From: the human T2T-CHM13v2.0 reference genome, Homo sapiens | Length of the DNA stretch: 64,000 bases | Reading direction: 5' to 3' (one strand) | Assembly (NCBI RefSeq): GCF_009914755.1 | Contig: NC_060930.1 | Shown: piece by piece, positions 1 through 19,990 of the stretch | How the letters are laid out: each line of letters opens with the position of its first letter | How positions within the stretch are numbered: position 1 is the first letter of the stretch | Notes under the pieces: generated by a model | What the model was told of the DNA's origin: nothing | The model's input: the letters and a program-made list of their open reading frames with translations, nothing else | Databases searched by the model: none | Translations under genes and position numbers: made by a program

Positions 1-95
1 ACCTCTCACTGGGTCCCTCCCATGCTCCCATGCAGGAATTATGGGAGCTACAACTGAAGATGAGATTTGGGTGGGGACACAGCCAAACCACATCA
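1..95 (-). mobile_element. THE1/MST MaLR LTR terminus (runs off left edge)
   Basis: GAGATTTGGGTGGGGACACAGCCAAACCACATCA is the reverse complement of the THE1 LTR start. Confidence 0.85.
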
Positions 96-1600
96 AACAC
101 TGAAATAGAAAAAAAAAGACTTGAAACAAACCCACAGATCTGTGGAAATTTATTTATGACAAAGACAACACTACAGAAGAATAGAGAAAAATTATAATTT
201 TCAATATATGGTGCTGGACCAATGGGATATTAATTAAAAAAATAAATTTGTCCCAACTTATACTGTGTATAAACATCTATTCCAGATAGATTGTAGATTT
301 AGATGTGAAAGGGAAAAAGTATCTTCTAGAATAGGGTACGGAAACTTTTTTGGAAAGGCCAGATAGTAAATATTTTAGGCATTGTGTGTCATCAGGTCTC
401 GGTCACAACTACTCAACTCTGTAGTTGTAGTGCTAAAGCAGCCATAGACAAAAGTAAGTAACTGGGTGTGGCTGTGTTCCTATAAAACTTTATAAAACAG
501 ACACAAGTGGCCCACTGGCTACAGTTTCCCAACTCCTGTTTTAGAAATCAATATGAAATAATAACTTTATGGTATTATTAGGTATTATTAGGAAGAGGAA
601 TTATTTCTGTAACTGGTCTTAAAAATCACTGACAGGTAAAAAATGATGAATACACTTCAATCATTGAAACTACAAAATTCTGTTCATCAGGTGACACCAT
701 TAGGAGTCAAAAGACAAATCACAGAAAAGGAAGAGATATTTTTAGTGCTTGTGCTTGTTAAAAGGCATATCCAGAACATATAAATACTTCATATCAATAA
801 GAAAAATAGTAAAAAATTGCAAAAACCTGAATAGATAAATCTCAAAGGGTAAACATAAGTGGCCAATGCATTTGTGAAATGGATGGTGCTCGTTTGCTTC
901 AATAATCATAAAAGCAAAAATTATACCCATCATGCACTCACATCAGATTGACTAAAATTAAAAAGAAACCTAAGAAAACCAAATATTGATGAAGATGTAG
1001 AGCAATGGAAACACATACACTGATAAGTGTTTAATATGGTGCAACCACTCTGGAAAATTTTGGCAGTGTTTCAAAAAACCTGAGTACAAATATACAATGA
1101 GGATATATATACATATGCAAGATGAGCCAAAATACATGCATAAAATATTCTAAGCAGAATTGTTTCTGAGGTTTGAAAACGTGAAAAACTATAATTTTTA
1201 TGAAGACAGAATAAATAAATAAGTTGTATATGTATATTATGAAGTATTTACAGCTGTGGAAATAAGTGAAGTACAGAAATGCTTAATGCATAGATGAATC
1301 TTAAAAATATAATGTTATTTGAAAGAATTCAAGTACAACAGAATCCATGTATATAAAAATTAAAAAAATTAAACCATATTATTTGGAGATGCATAGTTAG
1401 GTAAGACATCTGTAAAGGAAAGGAAAAGTGTGAAATCTATATATGTAAGAATAATAATTAATGTTGAGAGAGAAGGATAGGGATTATAACCATGAAGCGG
1501 CACTTTGGCCACCTCTGAGTACATTTTTCTAAAACTTGACTTGGGTGGGCTTTTGGGTGTTCCATCACAGTGTATTGTACAATAATTCTTTAAGGTGTAC
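96..1600 (+). mobile_element. Old L1M (L1MC/ME-like) ORF2/3' end remnant, interrupted by MER58
   Basis: A-rich degenerate L1 3' motifs, e.g. ATGGTGCTGGACCAATGGGAT and GGTGCAACCACTCTGGAAAATTTTGGCAGT. Boundaries approximate. Confidence 0.6.
332..538 (+). mobile_element. MER58A-like hAT-Charlie DNA transposon
   Basis: GGCCAGATAGTAAATATTTTAGGC...CAACTACTCAACTCTG...GCAGCCATAGACAA core; 8-bp TSD TTCTAGAA (324-331) / TTTTAGAA (539-546). Confidence 0.85.
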
Positions 1601-3219
1601 ATTTATGTTCTTTTGATCTGAAAATTTCTCCTGTCTGCTTTTGGTAACTTCCTTTTCTCTGTTTTCTCTCTCTTCTATTTTTTGAAAGATGTTGGAATTC
1701 CTGGAAAATGTGGCGTTCTTAATAGTCATAAAAGTACTAAATATATACTGCAAAATGCTAGGTGTGTCTCTGAGATTTAGGACAACTTCTGAAAGTACTG
1801 TCATTAACGGAGAAGCTGGAATAAAAAGAAAAGTCACTCCAGAGCTTAAGTAGTTCCTACAAGTATCTCAATTTATGATGCTTCAAAACAGCTATTGAAA
1901 CAATTTTACTTTAACTTATCTAATGGAGTATTTAGACTTCAAAATCCTATTAAGTTCATTTTTCATCCTCAAGAACTACAAAAATATCAAAATCAAATAT
2001 TCTAGATTTTTCATTTTATTTAAGTTTTCTACTTTCTCAAGGGAGAAAGAGGGTATAAGGAATAAAATTAATCACTCTAGCTTTTTTAATAAAAAGTCTT
2101 TTTGGCATGAATGGAATTATGTGACTGTATAAATAACTAGGACATGAGCAAGAGATGGAGCAAGAAAAAGTGATATTGGATATTGGATCAGAAACATAAA
2201 GGAAGTTTTCAAAAATTCTTTTTCAAGTTACAAGTTGGTAACATAGCTCTGAACTATCCCATGAATCAACATTTATCTTCAAGACAAAAATCAAATTTAT
2301 CTTCAGTCAAAATATGGAAAGGATAATAACTCAACAAAAATGAGAAAGAAATGCATTTAAAAACACACTTCAGAAAAAGACAGAAAGACCATTTCAATAG
2401 CCAAATAAATCACCTTTCTATGTGTCAGTTTTCTTGAAGCACTCAGAGAAAAAATGTAGAACATCTAAAACCAGGTGACATGGCAATACCTCCATGCTCA
2501 TCCCCAAAATAAGTAGTAAAAACTTGGAAGGCCAAGTGGGAAAGAAAAAAGCATTATCTTAAAGATGATTATTGGAACTGATAAAAATATTTTTCTTTTG
2601 TGATCACAAAAATTGAGCTCCTTGAGTAATTATCTAAGCAGAGAAAGATAGGGGGAAATTACTGTGGTTAATTAACATGAGATCTTTTCAAAGATGATTG
2701 ATAACTAGAACTCTTGGTCTTCTTGGTTAACGACTAGCTTTGCTGCTGTCATCTTCAGGCTGGAGATTTGCCTGTGTAAAAATATTCCTGGGACTGGTTG
2801 GAGCAAAAGTGTTGTACCTTAAAATAGAGGGCAATGAAAACAGCTTTTAATCTCCTTAAATTAATGACAATATTTAGTTAGCATAATCAAAGGAGACTAT
2901 TAGAGTTAAATTGGTCAATATCAATATAATTGTAACATATATAATCCAAAAGAAATCAGTGCATAGCATGTTATTTTTAGTGTTGGCACTTTAGTTTATA
3001 ATTTCATTTTAAATATGAGTTTTGTACATATACCAATCATCATGGATTAAGTATTCAATAAATACATTCGGCTTAATTATAATTTTTATTATAATTTTAT
3101 TATATTTTTAATGGATATTATCTTTATCTCAGGTGTAGACAATTTATTTACAAAATAAATTGTCTACATTTTAGATTGGGAAGATCAATTGCCATATTAG
3201 AAATTGCTGGGAGGAAGAA

Positions 3220-4179
3220 TCAGTGTCCTCTTTTTTCCATGCAATCTTTTTCTTTTCCAGTTAGCCTCTTCATGGCCCCCTTGAACTCCTTATTCCTTAC
3301 CGTATAAATTAATGGGTTCAAGCTGGGAGTAACAATGGAGTAAAATATACTGAGAAGTTTGCCCTCATTCTGATTTGGACTGTTTCCTGGCTGTATATAC
3401 ATGTATGTAACTGTCCCACAGAAGATGGATACCACAACGAGATGGGAGGAACAGGTCCCAAATGCTTTTTGTCTTCCTGCTGCAGACTTGATCTTGAGTA
3501 CAGCCACAGCAATGAAACCATATGACACAAGAATAAGAAGAAGAGGAACAAGAACTATAATCAGGCACATGGCAAATGTGGTTACCTCCATGGCTGTGGT
3601 GTCCACACATGCAATCTTGAATCTTGATCATTGCAGACATTTCACACACACAAAAAAGTGGTCTAGGTGGTGGTTCCTACATCGAGGAAGACTCGTGGCA
3701 TAGGGGGAAGGTATGATGCAATTAATCACACCAACTACCCAGGAGATGACCACAAGGCCCTGGCAGAGTTGGAGGTTCATTATGGTCATATGATGCAGAG
3801 GCTTGCAGATAGCATTGAGTCGATCATATGACATCATGGACAGAAGGATGCATTCAACTGAGTACAGTGCCACATCAATGAAAAGTTGAAAGGCACACCC
3901 ACCAAAGGTAATTCTTTTGTCTTTGCCCCAGATACTGACCAACATTTGTGGGACTATATTTGTGGTATAACAGAGATCCAAGATGGCCAAATTTCTAAGG
4001 AAGAAGTACATGGGGACTTGGAGATGGTCATCTAGGAAAGACAATAGGATGATGGCCATATTTCCCATGAAGGCAATAGTGTAGAAGAAAAAGACAACCC
4101 CAGAGATCATCATCTGAAGCTGAGGCTGCCCTGTGAATCCAAGGAGTATAAAACCACTGAAGTGGCTATCATTGATCAT
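3220..4179 (-). pseudogene. OR2U2P: Olfactory receptor family 2 pseudogene, probably OR2U2P
   Basis: OR motifs GFILLGF, PMYFFL, SYDR-x-AICKPLH, KAFGTCSSHL and PSLNPLIYTVRNK across ORFs 3628-4179 and 3220-3606. Broken by TGA at 3628-3630. Symbol inferred from recalled order and spacing relative to OR14J1. Confidence 0.85.
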
Positions 4180-4229
4180 TCTGTTTTTTCTTAAGGGAAA
4201 TCCATGTCATCATTTTGGTAAAGGGCAAC

Positions 4230-4780
4230 GGTGTGATTTTCTTATTTATTTTGCATTGGGTTTGGTGAACTTCTCGGATTTATGGTGGTGTCATTAATTT
4301 TGGAAAATTCTCAACCATTATCTCTTAAGATTTTTTTCTGTTTATTTCTTTTTCTTATATTCTGGAGCTCCAAGTACTCATGTGTCAGAGGAGATAATAT
4401 TATCCTACATAACTTGGATGCTTTTTCTTTTTTCTCTTTGGGTTGAAGTTTGGATAATTTCAATTGACTTGTATTTCAGTTCATGAATTCTTTCCTCTAC
4501 TGAGTCCAGCCTATTGTTAAGCCCACCAAATTAATTATTTATTTCTTATATTATTTCTGGTATGTTTTTTTTTATATCCAACATTTCCATTTGGTTCTTC
4601 TGTACAATGCTAATCTCTTTGTTGAGATCTCCCCTTTGTTCATAAATCTTGTCTGCCTTTACCAGCGAAATGTTAAAACATATTTAAAAAATTCTTATCT
4701 GATGATTCTAATGTCTGAACCATGTCTGGATATACTTCACTTGAATATTTCCTCTTTTTAGCTTCAAATGACTCCTGTTT
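4230..4780 (-). mobile_element. Ancient L1M fragment (appears to resume at ~4955-5022 and ~7190-7740)
   Basis: T-rich antisense L1M motifs such as TTTGGAAAATTCTCAACCATTATCTCTT. Confidence 0.55.
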
Positions 4781-7186
<2,406 letters not shown>

Positions 7187-9224
7187 ATTTGTAAAAAATA
7201 CTTGTAGGGACAGAAATAAATAGTAAGTAGTATTTATCCTCAGGATAGGACACATTCCTTATTTATCAGGGTATGAGTATGGGGAACTCAGACTGTCTGA
7301 TGTGTAGCTAAGCTTAAACCTGTTGTAAACTTGGTTAAATTCAGTTAACCACTGTCTTCAACTATTTTGAAGGAAGGGTGGGCCTGAATTCTGGTGAGAG
7401 TCCAGATAAGTCTTGATGTTTTATAGTGAGGCTACCAGCCTTTTGGACTACGGGAGATTTCTCTTTGCTTTATAGTCTGGCTGCCAGCCTTTTGGGTCAG
7501 TGGGGACTTCTATTTGCTTCCCAGTCCTGTCCCTAGCTTTCTGCCCTTTGAGGGCACTCCCAAACTTTGGAAGGACACTTCAGCACACATTATGAAAGCT
7601 TGTAGTGCATTGGAGTGAATTATCTTAGCTTTTCTGCTGCACTTGTGGCAAAATACCCATCCAAGTTTGCTCCTGTAGTGTTGAGAATATCTAGATAGTT
7701 TCAAGTAAATTACAGTGCTATCAATCCCAAAATAAAAAAAAAATCTTTGTTTTCATGTCAGGTCACCCTATTTCTTTTGTTTGGTGAAATGACCATGATT
7801 TGGCTGAAGTTTTTGAAATGATATCTGAGGCAATACCTTTAAAGAGGGTATCAGTTATCATGATTAATCACAACACAACTAGGTAGGATGTTTCTGTCTC
7901 CCTGGAGCATGCTGAGAGATGACACTTGTTGTGTGCCCATCAGACTAACACTAACAGTGTGTCAGGAGACAGAAAATAATGATAAAATTTGCCATTTTAA
8001 GCTACAAAAATCTTGGGGATTATATTGGAATGGATTGTCATGAAGAGAGAAAACATTTGACTGAACCAAATGTGGATTAAGCCAAATTTATCAACATGAG
8101 AGCCCTTAAAAGATATTCTAATTTTATGTGCTGGCTCAAACAGCTGGGAGAAGCTAAGACCATTTCTTCATTGGGTTGATTTAAAAACTCAACTAACCAG
8201 GGTGGAGCCAAAATGGCCGAATAGGAACAGCTCCAGTCTACAGCTCCCAGCGTGAGCAACACAGAAGACAGGTGATTTCTGCATTTCCAACTGAGGTACT
8301 GGGTTCATCTCACTGGGGAGTGCCGGATAGTGGGTGCAAGACAGTGGGTGCAGTGCACCATGTGTGAGCCGAAGCAGGGCGAGGCATCGCCTCACCTGGG
8401 AATCACAAGGGGTCAGGGAATTCCCTTTCCTAGTCAAAGAAAGGGGTGACAGACAGCACCTGGAAAATTGGGTCACTCCCAACCTAATACTGTGCTTTTC
8501 CAATGGGCTCAACAAACAGCACATCAGGCGATTATATCCAGCACCTGGCTCGGAGGGTCCTACGCCCAAGGAGCCTTGCTCATTGCTAGCACAGCAGTCT
8601 GAGATCAAACTACAAGGCAGCAACAAGGCTGGGGGAGGGCACCCACCATTGCCAAGGCTTGAGTAGGTAAACAAAGCGGCCAGGAAGCTCGAACTGGGTG
8701 GAGCCCACCACAGCTCAAGGAGGCCTGCCTGCCTCTGTAGGCTCCACCTCTGGGAGCAGGGCACAGACAAACAAAAGGCAGCAGTAACCTCTGCAGACTT
8801 AAATGTCCCTGTCTGACAGCTTTGAAGAGAGTAGTGGTTCTCCCAGCACGCAGCTTGAGAACTGAGAACGGGCAGACTGCCTCCTCAAGTGGGTCCCTGA
8901 CCCCCAAGTAGCCTAACTGGGAGGCATCCCCCAGTAGGGGCGGACTGACACCTCACACGGCCAGGTACTCCTCTGAGACAAAACTTCCAGAGGAACAATC
9001 AGGCAGCAGCATTTGCGGTTCACCAATATCTGCTGTTCTGCAACCACTGCTGCTGATACCCAGGAAAACAGGGTCTGGAGTGGACCTCCAGCAAACTCCA
9101 ACAGACCTGCAGCTGAGGGTCCTGACTGTTAGAAGGAAAACTAACAAACAGCAAGGACATCCACACCAAAAACCCATCTGTACGTCACCATCATCAAAGA
9201 CCAAAGGTAGATAAAACCACAAAG

Positions 9225-10240
9225 ATGGGGAAAAAACAGCAGAAAAATTGGAAACTCTAAAAATCAGAGCGCCTCTCGTCCTCCAAAGGAATGCGGCTCC
9301 TCACCAGCAACGGAACAAAGCTGGAGGGAGAATGACTTTGACAAGTTTAGAGAAGAAGTCTTCAGAGGATCAAACTACTCCTAGCAAAAGGAGGAAGTTT
9401 GAACCAATGGCAAAGAAGTTAAAAACCTTGAAAAAAAAAATCAGATGAATGGATAAACAGAATAACCAATGCAGAGAAGTCCTTAAAGGACCTGATGGAG
9501 CTGAAAACCATGGCACGAGAACTACGTGATGAATGCACAAGCCTCAGTAGCCGATGCAATCAACTGGAAGAAAGGGTATCAGTTATGGAAGACGAAATGA
9601 ATGAAATGAAGCGAGAAGAGAAGTTTAGAGAAAAAAGAATAAGAAGAAACGAACAAAGCATCCAAGAAATATGGGACTATGTGAAAAGACCAAATCTATG
9701 TCTGATTGGTGCACCTGAAAATGACGGGGATAATGGAACCAAGTTGGAAAACACTCTGCAGGGTATTATCCAGGAGAACTTCCCCAATCTAGCAAGGCAG
9801 GCCAACATTCAAATTCAGGAAATACAGAGAATGCCACAAAGATACTCCTCGAGGAGAGCAACTCCAAGACACATGATTGTCAGATTCACCAAAGTTGAAA
9901 TGAAGGAAAAAATGTTAAGGGCAGCCAGAGAGAAAGGTCAGGTTACCCACAAAGGGAAGCCCATCAGACTAACAGTGGATCTCTCGGCAGAAACTCTACA
10001 AGCCAGAAGAGAGTGGGGGCCAATATTCAACATTCTTAAAGTAAAGAATTTTCAACCCAGAATTTCATATCCAGCCAAGCTAAGCTTCATAAGTGAAAGA
10101 GAAATAAAATCCTTTACAGACAAGCAAATGCTGAGAGATTTTGTCACCACCAGGCCTGCCCTAAAAGAGCTCCTGTAGGAAGCACTAAACATGGAAAGGA
10201 ACAACCTGTACCAGCCACTGAAAAAACATGCCAAATTGTA
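9225..10240 (+). pseudogene. L1 ORF1p, disrupted
   Basis: ORF 9495-10178 is the ORF1p coiled-coil/RRM/CTD region (WDYVKRPNL, YPAKLS); stops and a frameshift upstream. Confidence 0.92.
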
Positions 10241-10304
10241 AAGACCTTCAAGGCTAGGAAGAAACTGCATCAACTAACAAGCAAAATAACCAGCTAACAT
10301 CATA

Positions 10305-14131
<3,827 letters not shown>

Positions 14132-16097
14132 ACAATGAGAACACGTGGTCACAGGAAGGGGAACATCACACACGGGGGACTGTTGTGGGGTGTGGTGAGG
14201 GGGCAGGGATAGCATTAGGAGATATACCTATTGCTAAATGATTAGTTAATGGGTGCAGCACACCAACATGGCACATGTAGACATATGTAACAAACCTGCA
14301 CGTTGTGCACATGTACTCTAAAACTTAAAGTATAATAATAATAAAATTTTAAAAAAGTAATGTTCAAGTTTATTTGGGTATGAAATTCTAATACCATCCA
14401 GAGAGAGTTCATGCTGCTTCAAAATAATTTTAAGTGTAATTCTACAAATAAAGAAACCATTTATATCAATAAAAAAAATAAAACCATAAAATTTTAAAAA
14501 TAAAGAGATGAATATTGAAGATAATCTGATTAGGTAAGATGTTGGTTTATTTCATTTCATACTCTAAGCACATTTTTTTCATAATGGAATTATGCTCTAC
14601 ATGCCCTCCTCAGGAAACTTCCCAGGAAGGTCATCATAATGCTGTTGTTTTGTGCTCATTATTGTTACAAATTCAAAAAATGTAAAAAATATGACAAGAA
14701 ATATACCCAATAAAGATATTTATGGTGCAAACACATCCCTCTTCCACTCCTTACTCCATCTCACTATTTGCCATTTTTCACTTTTCTGAAGATATTCTTT
14801 ACACATATTAGTGTATGTGGGGTAGTTGTGTATGTGTTCATGTGTTTTAATAGATACATTTATTTATATATGCATATTGATAGGTTAGTAGAGAGATAAC
14901 ATCCTGTGTCATCTTATAAATACCATCTTGTAACTTTTTTCTCCTTAAATATATCAATTCTCTAACTACAGACTTGCCTCGCTATTTTTAATAAATGCAA
15001 AATATTACATTATGAAGATGTGTTTAACAACTTCAGGACTGGTAGTCATTTATGAGATGTGTAGCTTTTTGCTAATGCAAACAACACTGCAACAAAGGTC
15101 TTTGTACACCCACTTCTGAATGAATATGTGCAAATTTGTGTCAAGTGAATACTTTTATGTATCAAGTACATCAATAATTTAAGGCCTTTAAGTGATCTTA
15201 GGTCTTTTGCCTAATATTTCTACATTTAAATTTTTATTGTTTTGAAATTAAAGATAGGAATTTATTTATTTTTTTCCTGATTTTAAATCAGTTAGCACAC
15301 ACACACTCCATTGAAACGTTCTGCCTTTACGTAATGATATGAAATTACTCCTTCATGATAAAGTAAATCTCCATACACATTTGGGTTCATTTCTGAAGCC
15401 TGATATGAAATGCTTTCAAAAACCTTGCTTCATATTATTTATTTGAGAGCAAGTTAATTTAGTGGTTTTGATAAGTATACTTTTTAAAATAAAGAAATGC
15501 AAAGTCTGGTATTTAAGCTTATCTGTCCAAGAAGACGATTAAGTATTTATACACAGTCTTAGCATTTTCATGTCTATTATTTTTCCTACTATTCCAGAAA
15601 GATTGTAACAGAAAAAAAAGGCTAATATAATGGAGATAGTGGGCCAGAATATATGTTGAATTACAATTTCAACCTTCACTCTGAGGGGCCTAGATTAGTT
15701 ATGCTCAATAACTTGGAGGAGGAAAAACTAGATCAAATTTGGAAGCATTGGTTTGTGTTCCTAGTCTACCTGTCTGTAATCTTGAGAAACTTTGATTTTC
15801 TCAGTTTTGGAATTGTCATCAGCTAAATATGAATAATGAAAATGTATTTTCCTAATTTATATAGTGACAATGTTATCCAATGAATCAATATGTCTTATGT
15901 TTGTGAAGTATCTTATACAATACATTAAGTGAGAATGAGGAAACACTATAGGAAGAAATAGGAAAAAAAAATCATATTTTAAACTTACATTATTTTAACG
16001 AGTGCATGAAGTTGTCATATCTTTATCAGAATAATAAGTACATGTGAAGGAAAAATTTACCTATTTCATAATCCATATTTAAAAAATCACCTTGACA

Positions 16098-19000
16098 TTG
16101 GCTCTGTTTAAGTGACGGATTACGTTTATTGATTTGTGTATGTTGAACCAGCCTTTCATCCCAGGGATGAAGTCGATTTGATTATGGTGGATAAGCTTTT
16201 TGATGTGCTGCTGGATTCGGTTTGCCAGTATTTTATTGAGGATTTTCACATCGATGTCATCAGGGATATTGGCCTGAAATTTTCTTTTTTTGTTGTGTCT
16301 CTGCCAGGTTTTGGTATCAGGATGATGCTGGCCTCACAAAATGAGTTAGGGAAGATTCCGACTTTTTCTATTGTTTGGAATAGTTTCAGAAGGAATAGTA
16401 CCAGCTCCTCTTTGTACCTCTGGTAGAATTCGGCTGTGAATCTGTCTGATCCTGGGCTTCTTTTTTGGTTGGTAGGCTATTAATTACTGCCTGAATTTCA
16501 GAACTTGTTATTGGTCTATTCAGGGATTAGATTTCTTCCTGGTTTAGTCTTGGGAGGATGTATGTGTCCAGGAATTTATCCATTTCTTCTAAATTTTCTA
16601 GTTTATTTGCATAGAGTTATTTATAGTATCCTCTGATGGTAGTTTGTATTTCTGTAAGATCAGTGGTGATATCCCCCTTATCATTTTTTGTCGTGTCTAT
16701 TTGATTCTTCTCTGTTTTCTTCTTTATTAGTCCAGTTAGTGGTCTATTTTGTTAAGCTTTTCAAAAAACCAGCTCCTGGATTCATTGATTTTTTGAACGG
16801 TTTCTTGTGTCTCTATCTCCTTCATCTCTGCTCTGATCTGTTATTTCTTGTCTTCTGCTAGCTTTTGAATTTGTTTGATCTTTCTTCTCTAGTTCTTTTA
16901 ATTGTGATGTCAGGTTGTTTATTTTAAAGGCCTTCAATAAAATTCAACACCTCTTCATGCTAAAAACTCTCAATAAACTAGGTATTGATGGAACGTGTCT
17001 CAAAATAATAAGAGCTATTTATGACAAACCCAAAGCTAATATCATACTGAATGGGCAAAAGCTGGAAGCAGTCTCTTTGAAAACCAGCACAAGACAAGAA
17101 TGCCCTCTCTCACCACTCCTATTCAACATAGTATTGGAAGTTCTGGTCAGGGCAATCAGGCAAGAGAAAGAAATAAAGTGTATTCAAATAGGAAGGCAGG
17201 AAGTCAAATTGTCTCTGTTTGCAGATGACATGATTGTATATTTAGAAAACCCCATCGTCTCAGACCTAAATCTCCTTAAGCTGAAAAGCAACTTCAGCAA
17301 AGTCTTAGGATACAAAATCAATTTGCAAAAATCACAAGCATTCCTATACACCAATAATAGACAAACAGCCAAATCATGAGTAAACTCCCATTCACAATTG
17401 TTACAAAGAGAATAAAATACCTAGGAATACAACTTACAAGGAATGTGAAGGACCTCTTCAAGGAGAACTCCAAACCACGGCTCAAGGAAATAAGAGAGGA
17501 CACAAACAAATGAAAAAACATTCCATGCTCATGGATGGGAATAATCAATATCGTGAAAATGGACATACTGCCTGAAGTAATTTAGAGATTCAATGCTATC
17601 CCCATCAAGTTACTATTGACTTTCTTCACAGAATTAGAAAAAAACTACTTTAAATTTCATATGAAACCAAAAAAGAGCCCGTATAGCCAAGACAATCATA
17701 AGCAAAAATAACAAAGCTGGAGGCATCATGTTACCTGACTTCAAACTATACTACAAGGATACAGTAACCAAAACAGCATGGTACTGATACCAAAACAGAT
17801 ATATAGACCAATAGAACAGAACAGAGGCCTCAGAAATAATGCCACACATCTACAACCATCAGATCTTTGACAAACCTGACAAAAACAAGCAATGGGGAAG
17901 GGATTTCATATTTAATAAATGGTTTTGGGAAAACTGGCTAGCCATATGCAGAAAACGGAAACTGGACCCCTTCCTTACACCTTATAAAAAAATTAACTCA
18001 AGATGGATTAAGATTTAAATGTAAGACCCAATATCATAAAAACTCTAGAAGATAACATAGACAATACCATTCATGACATAGGCATGGTCAAAGACATCAT
18101 GACTAAAACACCAAAAGCAATGGCAACAAAAGCCAAAATAGACAAATAGGATCTAATTAAACTAAAGAGCTTCTGCACAACAAAAGAAACTATCATCAGA
18201 GTGAACAGTTAACCTACGGAATGGAAGAAAATTTTTGCAATCTATCCATCTGACAAAGGACTAATATCCAGAATCTACAAATAACTTAAACAAATTTACA
18301 AGAAAAAAAACAACCCCATCAAAAAGTGGGTGAAGAATATGAACAGACACCTCTCAAAAGAAGGCATGAAGGCATTTATGTGGTCAACAAACATATGAAA
18401 TGAAGCTCATCATCATTGGTCATTAGAGAAATGCAAATCAAAACTACAATGAGATACCATCTCATGCCAGTTAGAATGGTGATCATTAAAAAGTCAGGAA
18501 ACAAGAGAGGCTGGAGAGGATGTGGAGAAATAGGAATGCTTTTACACTGTTGGTGGGTATGTAAATTAGTTCAACCATTGTGGAAGACAGTGTGGTGATT
18601 TCTGAAGGATCTAGAACCAGAAATACCATTTGACCTAGAAATCCCATTACTGGATATATACCCAAAGGATTATAAAACATTCCACTATAAAGACACACGC
18701 ACATATATGTTTATTGCAGCACTATTTACAATAGCAAAGACTTGGAACCCAAATGCCCATCAGTGATAGACTGGATAAGGAAAATGTGGCACATATACAC
18801 CATGGGATACTATGCTGCCATAAAAAAGAATGAGTTTATGTTCTTTGCAGGGACATGGATTATGCTGGAAGCCATGATTCTCATTAACTAACACAGGAAC
18901 AGCAAACCAAACACTCCTTATTCTCACTCATAAATGGGAGTTGAACAATGAGAACACATGGACACAGTGAGGGGAACATCATACATTGGGGCCTGTTAGA

Positions 19001-19134
19001 GGGTGGGGTGCATTAGGAGAAACACCTAATGTAGATGACGGGTTGATGGGTGCAGCAAACCACCATGGCATGTGTGTACCTATGTAACAAACCTGCACGT
19101 TCTGCACATGTATCCCAGAACTTAAAGTATAATG
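16098..19134 (+). mobile_element. 5'-truncated, 5'-inverted (twin-primed) L1PA7-like element
   Basis: 16098-~16925 is antisense ORF2 and ~16926-19134 is sense ORF2 plus 3'UTR. TSD AAAAAATCACCTTGACA (16081-16097) / AAAAAATCATCTTGGCA (~19136-19152). Confidence 0.93.
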
Positions 19135-19829
19135 AAAAAAATCATCTTGGCAACCATGAGATTTAGTCTTGCTTGAATTAATTTTCTTTCTTCTTAGATG
19201 ACTCTCCAAACTTACATGCCCAAAGTTTGTATTTTGTTAGAAACATTTTCTTGATTTCTTCTGTGGCATACTCATTTTCTAGTCCCTCTGGTTATTTTTC
19301 CCTGGACATGTTGGCAGCAGTAGAGGCTAATTATTTTGAATCTCGGAGGCTTAAACGGAAGTATGAGAGTGAGGCAGTAATGGCATGAAAGCTCCCTGAA
19401 GAGCTATGTATTCTATGGATGGCCATCAGTTGGAGTTGGTTTCTTGAGGTTGACCCTTCAGTAGGTCAGAGAGAGCTGGGTTGATGTTAAAGAGGGCTGA
19501 GAAGAAATTCAAACAACAAACTGGTTTGAGGATCATGTTTGGGCCCCAGGTCAGTCTTCCAGGACTCCGTATCTCCATGTCACATTCCAGACAAACTGAT
19601 GGATTACAACCCAGCATCAGGTAAATGTTGAAGGGATTTGGAGAGGGAATATTAATTAAAGTTGTCATCACTTCGTGGAGTAGGCTGAAGGGAGCACTCA
19701 GGAGTAGAACTATAAAATAAAAATTTTTTTAAATGTAAAAAGGTTTATTCTACAAGCCACATACATTTTTGTTTGAGAGAACAATAAGCTTATGAAAAGT
19801 ATACTGATGTAGGATTCAAAATATTGTAT

Positions 19830-19990
19830 TATTCAAATCTTTTCTTCTGAATTTACTAGATCTATAAACTTGAGCAAGTCCTACAACCTCTTGGTGCCTG
19901 CGTTTCCTCTCTTCTGTTATATAAAAAAATCGTTCTTTAGAGGCATATTATAAGAAGAAAACAAACATACTTGTATGAAAGCAATTATAT
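19830..19990 (+). mobile_element. MIR fragment
   Basis: CTTGAGCAAGTCCTACAACCTCTTGGTGCCTGCGTTTCCTC resembles the MIR core. Confidence 0.6.
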
